Shown in pieces: positions 52,060 through 64,000 of a DNA stretch of 64,000 nucleotides (positions are counted from its first letter, which is position 1; each line of letters begins with the position of its first letter). This DNA comes from Oikopleura dioica (lineage: Eukaryota > Animalia > Chordata): contig OU015567.1 in assembly GCA_907165135.1 (NCBI GenBank), positions 13,516,001 through 13,580,000 on the forward strand, written 5' to 3'. A model generated the notes under the pieces. The model saw only the letters and a program-made list of their open reading frames with translations, was not told the origin of the DNA and ran no database searches. Position numbers and translations under genes: made by a program.

Positions 52060-54164
52060 TTAGAGTAGAGTTATGTTCCAACGTATAAAGGCTGAATGAT
52101 CAACTTCAAATTGTACTCGTCCATTTTCGTCTGATCTGAGTCCCTTTACGGACTTGTACACATCTGTCCAAACCAGGGTCCGATAATTTGAGCTCACGCT
52201 AAAACTCCACGAAACAAAGCTTGAGAACTCAGTTTTTAAATTGGAGTTTTGAGAAACTCAGAGATGAGAGCTCGCGTGAGAAATCAAATTTTGTGGTGGC
52301 GCTCGCGATCCACGAGCCAGTCAAGGCGGGATGGACGATTTTTGTAAGTGCGCAGCCTTACGCAACACGCCTACGATATGCTGTGGCTGCGCCGACTCGC
52401 CGCCAGGCCAACCGGCGGGCCAATCCGCGCGCTCGCTCAAACGGAGTTTTTGAAAACTCATGAGATTTCCCTGCTCTCAAGCAAAATCTCAGAAAATCTC
52501 CAAATGATTTCTCAAGTCGAACTGAGTTCTCAATTTGAGAAAATCGAGAACTCAGCCAAAAATGAGTTTTATCGTGAGCTCAAATTATCGGACCCTGGTC
52601 CAAACATCGTCTCCGTTCGCTTCATACTGCACTCCGGCCCCTAGAAAAAATTAAGCCCTTTTCTCCTTTGTTTCTTACCTTTTCTTTTGATAGTGAGTTT
52701 CCAGCTACCATCTCCTCCGAATCTCTCTGTATTAGACTGATGCTGCAGAAACCACTCTCCTTCTGTTACTTCCAAGTTTTTCTCGTAATGAAACTGTTAT
52801 TTGAATCGACAATTTTGATGAAAATAATTCTCAAAAATTGTTGATTCACTTCCTTTAGATTAAACTCCGTCATTCCTGCGCTCATCGCTTTCAGGACCCG
52901 TCTTATGTCTCTTTCGTCATGAGCTTTTCGAACAGAACTACTGTCAGCTCCGATGTAGTGTCCGAAACCACCTTTCCATATCTCCCCGTTTGTTGTCAGG
53001 AAATGCTTGAGTAGATCTTGAAGCGCAGCATTCCGCTCTGCAAGCTCTATATTTTCTTTGTTGAGTTGGTCGTTTATGATTTCAACCGTTTCAACGCGGC
53101 TTTTGCCGAATTCGAGGTTTTCTGGCTTGATTCGATTCTTCAGCTGATCAACAAGACTACATATTGCTGGATGACTTGTGAGAGCATACGCTCCTTCTGG
53201 GCGGTCTGCGGGCTCTGCTTTCAAACAGGTTTTGATCAAGTTTTCCATTGCAGGAAAAGGAACACTCGCAGGACTTCTTACGTTTCGAACAATATTCGAC
53301 ATCGTTTGCCAATTGTTGGCAGTTGCAAACGGGTGCTTGAAAGTACAAAGCATTTGGAAAACCACCCCGGCTGACCAAATATCTCGGCGAAATGAGAGAA
53401 GCTCATTTTCTCCGTTTTTGATTGTCTCTGGCGGCAGATAGTCCGACGATCCGACTACTCCAGTACTAACGGTTCCTTCAACAGCTCGTGAAATGTTGAA
53501 ATCCGCGATTTTCACCTACGAATTCTTTTTTCTACTGATTGAAAAATCTTGGCATACCGTCTTTTGGTCAGCTGAAAGAAGCAAGTTTTCAGGCTTGATG
53601 TCTCGATGTATTATACCCTGGCGATGAAGATAATCTAAATTTGAAATGAGAGTTCTCTTTACTTGAATTTCAAACCTAGAGCGAAAATAATCTGTGAGGC
53701 AAATCGAAGAGCATCATTTTCAAGCCACGGCTCTTCTTCTTCTCCCCCTTCTTCATCAACAATTATTCTATTTTGTTTTTTGGTCTACAAAACCTGCAGT
53801 CTGTTTTTTCTTAATAAATTCGGAAAGATCCCCACCAGGCAAGTACTCCATAATAAGCGCATGAAAAGGAAAATTATCAGGTCCAGTAAATTCAAAATCA
53901 TCTAGGAGTTTTACCACATAAGAATGATCAAGTTTTTGCAAAAGCTTCACTTCAGAATTCGCATCTTCCCTTTTTTTCGGACCAAAGAGGCCGATTCCTT
54001 TCAACATCTTTTCCTCCCCGCCTGAAAAATCATCATGTAAAAAATTCAGATTTTTTTGTTCTACCATTCTCCTGATCTTGCACAAGAAAATAAACTTTGT
54101 CATCGCGGCGTTCTCTCAATTCTTTGATGACTTTGTATCTGTCATTAATTATTGTCCCGTCCAT
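52060..54164 (-). pseudogene. NEK-like Ser/Thr kinase gene with two apparent lesions (+1 in a T6 run at 53776-53781; MITE in last exon)
   Basis: MDGTIINDRYKVIKELRERRDDKVYFLV...EEKMLKGI...EVKLLQKLDHSYVVK...IMEYLPGGDL...HRDIKPEN...IADFNISR...DYLPPE...DIWSAG; the final exon ...DVW[MITE]TDVYKSVK...RWNITLL*. The frameshift could be an assembly error. Confidence 0.65.
52174..52597. mobile_element. hAT-type MITE (424 bp) in a coding exon
   Basis: TIRs CAGGGTCCGATAATTTGAGCTCACG; 8-bp TSD GTCCAAAC (52166-52173, 52598-52605). Confidence 0.93.
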
Positions 54165-54424
54165 GCTCTTATTTCATAAATTTTAAGTTTTGAAAATGAC
54201 TTATCTTTTGGGAATCGATGAAAAAGGGCTTGGCAATTTCGTATTTGCATGCACTTCTCAAATATTTACACAATAAATGTATGTTTCATTAAAATCGAAG
54301 TAAAACATAACAGAATAAACCATATTGATGATGTAATCGATAGAAGACCTGTTCTATCTTCGGAGAATAAACAAACACTTAATTTCAATCAGCCGCTCCC
54401 TTAATTAGTAGGTCACTGTCAAAA

Positions 54425-56124
54425 ATGAAACTTTTCAGCTTTTACTGCTCAGCTTTTGTCTCAGCTCTTCAGTGCAATTGCTTCTGTCCCCAAGGTCCCT
54501 CGACGAAATGCTCCGGAAGCCTGGTTTTTGCACTTGATAGAGACCCTCGAACGCGACAAATTTGGAGTAAATTTCTGACTCAGATAAAAATACTGCTCAA
54601 GGGAATAGAGAGAGACGAGTTCATCGAATTTGGTGGCGGAAAGAATCAGGTTAAAACAATCTAAAAATTTAACTCTAAAATCATTAAGATAAAATTGGCT
54701 TTTAAAAAATATCCTCCAGATGATTTTCCCCAGCTGAACCTTCATGACTACGAGAATCCATCAATCCTCAGCGCCAGCTCTAGAGATCTTAGAAATTATG
54801 TCGGCCATCAAATCAGCTACACCCAGCCCGCTGAAACAACAGCGAACATTACTGAATTCATCCAAGATATTGAGCGATCGGATTCGGAAAAAATGCTGAC
54901 TTTGATTTGGGTCAGAACAATTAAAAAGGCGATTTCGACGCGCCAGATAAAGATAAATTACTGACCCTATGTTTGTTCTTCACGAATGGAAACTGGGAGA
55001 TGCATAGTTTGAACTACAAGATCAAATCCAAGATTGTTCCTGTCACAGGTACTTCTAGCAAAAGATCCATCTGACTGAAAATGAAAGCTATTCCTCCATG
55101 TGCCGGGTTTCCAATCTGTCCAGAAATGAACCGCCTCAGCACACTGTCAAATCTTCCGCATGGAAAAGTCTACCACTTTGGTCTTCCATCAAAAGATGAC
55201 ATCAAGAAATTAATCGTTGACCGCCTCTGTCAAAAAGCTTCTAACGACTGCGAGTGTGAATGCGCCGATTCTCAGCTTTTGAGCCTGATTAGTCCGACTA
55301 CTCCCCCAACAACTACAAAACCGGTTGAATTCGAAGGCTGGATGAGTTCTGAAGAAATAAAGAAACTAGTCAAAGAGACCGTCAAAGAAGCATTAACGAT
55401 AGAAAAGAACAAAGAAAAAGAAGCAGAATACCCAGTTTCTTCCAATCTTGCTCTTGGTAGACCTTCGATGTTTCATTCGTACGGGGTTTCAGAAAACATC
55501 CAAGTTATCACTGACGGGAAGATTTGCTACGACCACAGTTGTTGCGCTTCCACGGAATACAGTAAGCACCTACCAATGATTAGTGAATTCATTCTTTTTA
55601 AGTTTATGAGCCTTGGTGGATGATAGACTTAGGAAAGACACAAAGAATCAGCCAAATCAATATACGCTCTTATCTTAGTAAGGATGGAAAAATGAAGTCA
55701 GCCTAATCTTCTATTAGTGAAAGAAATGTTTGGTGCAGAAATCAGACTTGGCGATGAGAAAAGATTCCTTGAAAATCCTACTGTCGGCTATGTGACATCT
55801 TCTCCGTAGGTCAATCATTATTCTCAAAAAAGAATCGGTATTTCAGATACCAGAGGTTGTCAAAAACAGAATCTGGCCAATATCTGACTATTTTTCTTCC
55901 TCGCACGCATGCTCAGGATTGGTTTTTATATAGAGCTTATGTTCGTTATATAAAAAAAGTAGTGAAACCAAGAAAAGATAAAACTATGTGAGATCGAGGT
56001 CTACTCGAGTTGGAGATTCGATCCTTACGAAAATGAGCCACATTTGAGTTTCAACTTTGAAGAAGAACCCCTTTATGACGCTGTTTCTGACGGCAGTGGG
56101 GAAGATATTCTTATTACTCTGTGA
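54425..56124 (+). CDS. Secreted protein: vWA-like N-terminal region, Thr/Pro linker, F-type lectin (fucolectin/F5-8C) domain
   Basis: Signal MKLFSFYCSAFVSALQC, LVFALD, PTTPPTTTKP, NLALGRP...TDG...PWWMIDLGK...MFGAEIRLG...GQYLTIFLPRTHAQ|IKLCEIEVY. Confidence 0.72.
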
Positions 56125-56129
56125 ATAGA

Positions 56130-57222
56130 TCATTTATTTTTGTATCTAGCGTTTGTCACAAACTGCAAAACAATCGAGGTGATTACTCCAGTAATCGGCC
56201 AGAGACAGCAGCTGACAGCGTTTCTTTTCGAAATTCTCTTATGCAGGAGAGATGTCGTAGATCGTCCTTGAGCCCAGCATTTGAAATGACTATTGGGCTT
56301 CAGATTCATGCCAAAGTACTCGTCGAGATGCTCGTTCATCGCATCATCGTTGTTCATCGGATTATGGTTGTCCCAGTGCGGGTTGATTACTTGAGCTTTT
56401 TAGGCTTTGAAAAATAGTTGAAATCAAGGAAGAGTTTACTTGAGATCTTCTAGTTTTCAAACCCTAGTTATAGTCAAAGAACAATCAGAAAAACACGCTC
56501 CTTTGAAATCAACTTCATCCCGTCGAATAAGAGTCGTTCGGTCCTCGACGAATGCGTAAATCTTGATGCAAGCGGATTCTGTCATCTTTTTCTTGCTTTT
56601 GAATTTCTCGATGGATTTCAAAGTGCAATTTTGAACGGTGAAATCCGAAGTGCTTATGTACGGGACAAGAACGGCAATTGTTCGAGCACCGGACATTATC
56701 GACAGAGTCAGAGAGACCATGAAGATCGCTTGGGATAAAGTAGAAAAAACGAAGGTAAGTGGGATTACCTGAAAATGCTTGGCGAACTTGCTCAGTGCTC
56801 AAGTGAACCTGGCGCTTTTTGATTTTCGACAATGTCGATTTGCTTGATGGCCTTCCTCTGTATTTGCATTCTATCGGAGAATTGGTGCGTGTTGGCGATT
56901 TCGCTATTTGGGAGATCTCGTTGATCATTTTTCAAAAAAAAATTTTAAACTGGAAAAAGAAAATGATCACTGAGTGAATAAAGAGGCCCCCGTTCCATTA
57001 GGAGACATTACTTTTTCCGCGGTTGAGAGATGAAAGAAGTTTTAAGCTAATAAGAGCAGATTGGAGAATAATTAATATTCTATGGACAGATTGATCGACA
57101 GTATTGACGATCGGAGTTCTGTCCAGAATCGTTTTCAACCGCTGCATAAATGGATTCTGATCGGGTTGGGATTGCTTTGAGATGGATGCCGGAAGGATGA
57201 AGTGCGACGCGGAGTTGTACAT
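56130..57222 (-). CDS. Two-TM protein resembling BK-channel beta subunits (KCNMB/CaKB family)
   Basis: TM1 AIFMVSLTLSIMSGARTIAVLVPY, loop QNCTL...ACIKIYA...ACFSDC...FKCWAQG...SLLHKR, TM2 CCLWPITGVITSIVLQFV. Confidence 0.6.
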
Positions 57223-57561
57223 CTTGCATTTCTAGTGATTTGTTGAAATCATACCATAGTTGTTAAATTTTAACGGTACCTATTTGGGTTCAGCATTCTC
57301 TTCACTTTTTATTCCCTCTCAAATGAAGTCACGCTTCTGTAAAACTTTAAACTTCGTGTCGCTAATGAAGTCCGCATCCGCGAAAAAACGGGCCTAATAG
57401 GGGATTGACATCACCACAAGACTCTGCGAGGCATCTGCATTACCATATGTATGCATAGAGAAGGCGCATCCCAATAACTTGTGAAATATATCTTTATTGT
57501 GTTTGATTTTCTCGTTTAGCTTGAATCTGACGTCGGAGAATTCCAAAATTGAGACGAAAAA

Positions 57562-57956
57562 ATGCCGAAATTTTTGAAAGTCGATCTGGCTGCGAAAAAA
57601 GGCGAACTCTTCTTTTTTGATTTCAGCAGAAGCGACGGTAAAAACAAAATGAGTGGAAAGTGCTCAAAAATTAATTCAGAGAAAACTGAGAAAAGTGCTT
57701 ATTATGTCCGAAGAATACAGAAAGAGTCGATGGCGTTTGCCAAAGGAGTTCGAAATGGAGACAGGATCGTGCAATTGAATAATTTTCTCATCCAGGGTGT
57801 GCTTTTTCCATTGATATTCAGTGTAATTTGATTTTCAGGGAGCGAGGAAATTTACTCGTATGAAGATTTGAGACAGATTTTGTATGGAACGACAGTTGGA
57901 AATTATTACAGATGCTCTTTGACTGTGGAAAAGCTGGACAAAGGAAAGAGTTGACA
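57562..57956 (+). CDS. Small protein with PDZ-like segment (3' structure uncertain)
   Basis: YYVRRIQKESMAFAKGVRNGDRIVQLN resembles the PDZ betaC-alphaA-betaD region; a GT-AG intron at about 57797-57838 gives a short second exon. Confidence 0.4.
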
Positions 57957-60900
57957 AATTGTCATTGAAATCAAGGAAGAGAACCACCTCTTTTGATAAC
58001 TCCCAAAAAGAAAACCGGCTGTCAGAAATGTAAAAAACCGTGAAATCGAGATTTGAAAATTTTTCATTCGCAACAATAAAAATCATCCACGTACCCTTCC
58101 GGCTTTGCGATGTGTATTCTAAATTAGCGTACTTACGGATGGGGGAATAAAAAAATGAGATTTTACAGTCGAGCGAGGCTGGATTGAGATTGAGATTGTC
58201 CATCAGCTTGTGACGGATTTCCGGTTCTCGTGATCTTGATAGGCGACGCGTTTTTTCGGATTATTTACGATTTGGGACTTTTTTCTTTTAAGCTTCTTTC
58301 TGCATGGTTAAAGATTGCAAATTTACGTAGCACTAAAGTGGTCAACAATAATCTCATCCCCTCTTTACTCCATGAGCAGCGTGCTTACCGTGCGTAAGGG
58401 TTGGATTGTTTCTGAAGAGGGTGGTAAATCTTTTTAGTATGACAATGATGATTTGGTCGCGCCTAACAAGGTGCTCGTGGCGTTGGAGTGGCACTTGTCG
58501 AAGCTCCTCCCCGTTCGCGAAGGAAGTCTTAAGAGGCGAGCAACAAAAATAAACCTAATGGGCCGCGGGAAAACGGATGTCCGTTGAGCTACATCTACTC
58601 CTTCGCATTCCAAACAACCCGTCCAAAAACAACCTCGAGATGTCACTCACTCCTACAGTAAATAAACAAACATGTCCGCAATTGCTAAAAGGATGTAGTT
58701 TGAATATCTTAAATTTCCAATTTTGGGATTCGCAAAATCCAAATTATTTATGCTTGGCCAAAGATTTGCATTTATTCTGAAGAAAAGCGGATTTCAGCGA
58801 AATATTTGGATGTTTCAAAACAAAACGAAACTTTAAAAATTGAAAATTGAAGAGTACTTTCTTCTTTCGCATGCCAGCTCATAAGTTTGATAAATCAATC
58901 GGTTCTGCCTCCCACGGGTTATTTTTCAATCAAGAGCGCCCATTAAAAAATTCGGCGATTTCTTAGAAGCCATTCAGATCCATCAATTTTTCCTTTTTCT
59001 AAAGAGGCTCGCTGAAGCTATAAAAGACTCAAAAGCTCGGGCCGGGCCCTTGCTTTTTCAACCCTTTGTGGTTTATTTTAGGACCCTTTGCTATCTGAAT
59101 ATTTTGCGGCGGAGGGCTCTTTTGAACCCTCAGCTTTGTTTGGGCTAATGAGCCTGGCGAAATTTCCTTCGAAAGCGTATATTTATTCCCGGTGGAATTT
59201 TACGCCGCGGCGGAATTGTTTGATGACAGCAGGTACAGAATTTTTCTCATAACAGTTTTAAGACAGTTCTTTTTTATAAAAATATTGAACCTTTTTCTTT
59301 TTGAAAATATCGTTCAAAAAAGACGGTCGACGGTTGGGAAAAAAGGGTGAAATAAGCAGCGAATAATTAGCGAGTGTAATTCACGATTGAAGAATGTTTT
59401 TTCTTCTTTTTCTTAATTTTGATTACTCAGAGACTGTGAGAGTGGATTTTTTATTTTCTAGAGCTGATCCTGCGGCGGTGGTGGTGACAAATCGTAATCA
59501 CATGGGAACATGTATAGTGGCGGTGTAATGACTGTTCCCACTGCGACGAGAAAAATTAAAAACGTTTGAAAGTCCTTTCTCAGAGTATTTTAAAGCGGGC
59601 GCGTTCTCAGCCCTGCTCCGCGCCGAAACTGGGCTAGAAGAAGCAGTCAGAGCCTGGGAAAGTATTTTCCCTTCCTGCATCGAGATACCCGCTTACCAAA
59701 CCACCTCCACACCATAAAGACCGGAAGTCGTCGAAAACCATTAAACCGGAGTAAAAACAATTTTTTAAAGCAAATAAAGCCGTTTTAAATTTCACATTAT
59801 TTCAATTTTATTTTCCCAGTTTCGAAACTTTCGATCCCGAAATAATTTTATTCCAAAATTAAATTTCGCAAATTTTTACTGCCAAAGCTTTCCACGCTCT
59901 CACAGCTTGAGCTTTCACAACAGAAAGTGATTTTTAAACAAACTCTCAATTATGCGCTGGCGAGAAATGAAAACGTTCTTTTCACGCCTTCCAGCCTCGC
60001 CAGATGGCACTTTGTAGGCGATTATTGGATTAGCCAGCGTCTATTGATAACGAGCCCTCGAATCGTTGCCCAAATGGAAAATTAGCCTTTCGCGCTCCTC
60101 TAGAATCAAAAATAACAGAAGCAGCTAAACCAATTAGAGGGGATCATAAAGCTCAGCCGTTTCGGCCCCTGCTTTTGGTACATTGAGGATCACACGCGGC
60201 GCCGCTCTTTGTGGTCGAGCTAAATACCAAGAGGCTAACAAGACTGAGCGCCCGGTATGCTCAGATAGATGATTCAATAATTTTTCAGCGGAACTTTCGA
60301 CCTTTTCAGTTTCACAGAAAAAAAACAAGAATTGATAAGGTTCAGTTTAATGGCTAGTTTTTTATTTTGAAAGCTGAAGGTGTGGAATTTTGGGAAAATT
60401 TGCGATGTTAATTGAATCTTGCGAATTGCGCGAAAATTGAGGGAACGCTATTATAGAATTTACAAAACAGGCTTATCCTCGGGATGAGCTAACCGCTCAT
60501 TTTGGCTAGTTATGGAATGATGATTTTTTTCCCTCGGATGTTGGAAATTTCTCTGCGCGTGTGTGGACAAAGTGGCTGAGAAAAAAGGATATTCCCAGCA
60601 ACTAATCACGCGTTTTTTCAAAGCGCCACTGCGGATGTCACAGCCGGGCATGTCCGACGACTCAGAAACAGAGTAACAAATTCAGAGATTCTCACAGCCG
60701 CGCTAATTTAATAAAATAGCCGAATCTGAATCTTTGGAATCGAAATCAAAATTCCATGTTCGCACATTATTTTGAATAGCCGCTATTTTAGCACGTTGAG
60801 GATAATCCTGGAAGATGATCCCAAAGTATTCTTTGGCCGGGCCGCGTTGTATATCTAGCCGCGGCGTTTGAGAACAAAGAAAACGACCACAGCGTGCCTA

Positions 60901-63900
60901 AACATTTTACACGACTTTCAAGTAAACTCCCTGGCGACTCGTCTCGATATGCACCTGTCAACTTTCACTGGTCAAAATATACGGTAATCCCGTAAGGATT
61001 GGCGGCACGGCGCTCTGAAGTGAGCAGTTTGTTTATCCTTCATTATGCACTACGAAGTGGAAGTGCCGCCGGAGCTGAATTTGAAGCAATCCAAAGAAAA
61101 CTGCTGAATCTCGCTGCTTCTTGTCATTCAGAAGGTCGTTTTTTTTCCATGATAGAGGGCAATTATTCCCACTTGTTTTGGGCAGCGTCGTTAGTAGCTC
61201 GAGTGGCATTGTTCCCGTCACGCGACTAGCTTCGAGTCTTTATTGGATAAACAGTGTTAAACACTTGGCCCATGTGGAGTTGCTCCATGTCTTCATAATA
61301 TTAATCCCTCTCGTGTCCCCATTCAATCATCTCCAGGCCTCTACGGGGGGCTCATCCTAACGCACAATTGATGAGCATGGAAAAGAGCATGCTCAATCTT
61401 CTTCGCGTCGATAAAATATATTTACACATTTTGAAAAGTCGAGCTGAAAACAGGTTTTTCAAGCTTTTGAAGTTTCAGAAGTGCTTTCAGCTCGAGTCAC
61501 TTTCTTGTCAGCTCGGAGACTCCATCCCCTCTTTTTCCAGATGCGCGTCGAAATTATAGCTTCTCGGTTCAGCTGCCAGGCCCGTGCGCGCACTTAGGAA
61601 CGAAATATCAAGCCAGGAAGGCGATACCGGTAATCACCGGTGGAGCAATGTCGCTGAAATTTGAACCCAATTCCCACTTTGCGCGATGACGCGATAGAAC
61701 TAGAATGAGTGGCTGGATAAGGGCTCGGCCGGCGAGGATGATGCCTATCTGTCGCAACCCGGCCTACCTCAAACTTCACAAATTTCCGAAATTCCAAAAA
61801 TTTTGAAAGACAATTTTTTCATAGACGAAGAAAAAGACTTCTCGTGTTCTCTTAATTACCAAATAATGATGAAAAGGTACCGCACCTTGGCGAATTTCTA
61901 AATTTAAACGAAATACAAGTAATTTTGAGAAAATTGGAGAAAAAAAGCCGGTCGAGTAAATTTCCTAAAACGACGGTAATTATTCCAGATCAAAATAAAA
62001 AATGCTCCTGTTCGAAAAAATTAGCAAAGCTCATCAAAATCTACCTAAAATCAAAGTCGTTCGTAAAATGCTCATTCGGTAAGAGAATACTCTTGAATCA
62101 ATCGAGTCGGAGCATGAAAACGAATCGTTTTGGTTGTTTTGACTTTGATGAACTGTGTGAGCTTTCGTCCGGAGGTTTCGGTTTCTCGAAATCCGTCGCC
62201 AGTTCCCACCGTCCTGCAGAGCTCATTTTGCTGCAGTGCGTATTTGATTGATACTTTTTTTCACTTCAATTAAGAATTTCAAGCTCTTTTGCTCTGAAAA
62301 TGAGTTGTTGAAAAACAGTCGAGCTCGACGAAGCGGACTATTTTCAAAATGGAAACAGCTGCTCTTTGAATAAATCAGCACGTGCTGACGCCCAGAAATG
62401 CTCTGAAAAATTCCAGCGACTCATGCAACTAGAAAAATGGAAAAAATTTTCCGAGACTGACGCAAATTAGAAAAACTCATTTTGAAGCCACAGTATCTTT
62501 TGAAGCTTTTTTGATCTTTTATAAGTAATGCTTCAAGGAGTATTTGAAGTAGGTCGCGATTTTTTCGATGAATTTTGTTATGGGGCTAACATAGTGGCAC
62601 CCTTATTGTTTTATTCAATTCAGAGGAGTGTAGTAAGTCAGATTCAATTCTAGTCACATTGGATGGCTCTTCTTTCGGGAAACTCTGCCCCGTACTCATT
62701 CAATTACTGTATAATTATGTTTGCGGAGGTGGAGTAGAATAAGTGAAGCAGGACCACTCCCTTCGGTGCACCTGGTCGGTGGTGTTCTCTGGCGTGAGAA
62801 TGAGAACTATCAAGACAACGGGCTAAATTCGCGCCTGCGTCAACTCCGAATAGCAATTTTTCACTCCCCGAAATTCTGCTCCCATGTAAGTCCTTACTTA
62901 GCGAGAGTATTCTTTACTGCCTAGCTTGTTCTCAGAGCGAAAAAATAATATTTTTTTTCCTTTTTTTTTGAGTCGCTCCAATTTGAGCGTGTCGCCGAAA
63001 TCTTTAGAAGCAGCAGGAAGCTCATTTAGGTCATTTCCTCTCTGGCGGTTTTCCCGTGACCTTGGCCGCTCTTCGCTTATCAAACTCTGTGAAATGGAAC
63101 GGAAATCCGGAAGTAATGATAGTTCCGGAAATGGACCCGCTGCGTGACGATTATTTAGAACCTGCCAGCAGAAATCCGCTGTTAACCATGTTAACACCCT
63201 TATCACCAGTTTAAACGAGCTGATAATGTTGCTGATATGAGTTTCACTTTCTCAGGCTTCAGGAACGGCAGGTAACTGTATATTCAGTAAGCTTCCCGTA
63301 GATTTTTCTATAAGTAACTTTTGGCTCCTTTTTCTCATGCCTTTCATTTTTTTTCAATGGGCAGGGAATTTCCCAGGGAGCACCAATATACAGCTGAATA
63401 TAATATTTTATTTTGCCATAACAGTCGGAGCCCTTTGATTTTCCCATATAACAGTCTGACTACTTTCTCACCGCCCGCGGTAGCTAAGGGACTCTTTTAC
63501 CATTTTTATGGATAGTAGAGGAAATTTTTAATCTTTCTAATGATTTTTTTAGAGCCTGAACGCTCCCTGTTTTGCGCTAAAATGCTAGACTAGCATCTTC
63601 CTTTCCCGGTTCGGCTTTCAGAATGACACTTTTCGTATAAGCGTCTTTGTTGTGGGAATGCACTCGAGCCCGTGGATTTCGAAGCTTTTAGCTCCGACAG
63701 GTCGAGTCTGTTTATTTCCGCGTGCGTCGGATTATCCAAGTGGCTCTCGGACGAGTGTGTCGTTCCTTTTTTCCACAGTTCTCTTTCATTCTCAGCACGC
63801 AGAAAACTCGAAAAATCACCAACCGAACGGGATCACTATCGAGTGGCTTAGGTTTATGTTTCCAAACGATGCTTCTCTTGCTTCACTGAGCAAATTTCAA

Positions 63901-64000
63901 CGAAGAAAATAAGCTTCTTCTTCATGGAAAGAAATATTTTAAGAAAAAAGGAAACTTCCGGAAACAGCAAAAGGCAATAATTTGTCTGAGTAATAACAGA

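Noticed and set aside
52221-52644. ORFs within the hAT MITE
   Set aside because: Short, built from internal repeats, no DDE transposase residues.
58434-58646. MTSRGCFWTGC...FP...KCH as a THAP-like zinc finger
   Set aside because: The C2CH spacing and conserved Trp/HF are not met.
59460-63206. Possible minus-strand gene fragments (e.g. GTVITPPLYMFPCDYDLSPPPPQDQL*, 60134-60328, 62898-63206)
   Set aside because: Individually plausible exons, but they could not be linked or assigned; left unannotated.

Overview
Compact eukaryotic genomic DNA, most consistent with the larvacean tunicate Oikopleura dioica. This is an inference from the 35-50 bp introns, GA-AG/GG-AG introns, operon-like gene spacing and PLA2-like and Cys-rich/propeller family genes; no database search was run. 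The left 14 kb is housekeeping: PFDN2 and DUT, SPOP, and a co-linear run MALSU1-PSMB5-CLPTM1L-P4-ATPase (ATP10-like). The rest holds a GPR84-like GPCR, a head-to-head pair of small Gly2-starting single-pass paralogs, a PLA2-like gene and an SGNH-fold/RS-tail gene. It also holds a 10-kb LU-domain plus inactive-trypsin gene, a PLAC8 gene, a DEG/ENaC gene with a nested antisense gene and tRNA-Arg, a NEK-like kinase, a vWA/F-type-lectin gene and a KCNMB-like gene. At least eight non-autonomous DNA transposons (hAT-, piggyBac-, Kolobok- and Tc1/mariner-like) are present. The top observation is a 918-bp hAT-like element inserted in a conserved P4-ATPase exon. Its target-site duplication supplies a GT and its terminal repeat an AG, so splicing would restore the protein exactly (an introner-type intron gain). 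The region 58.5-64 kb could not be resolved into genes.
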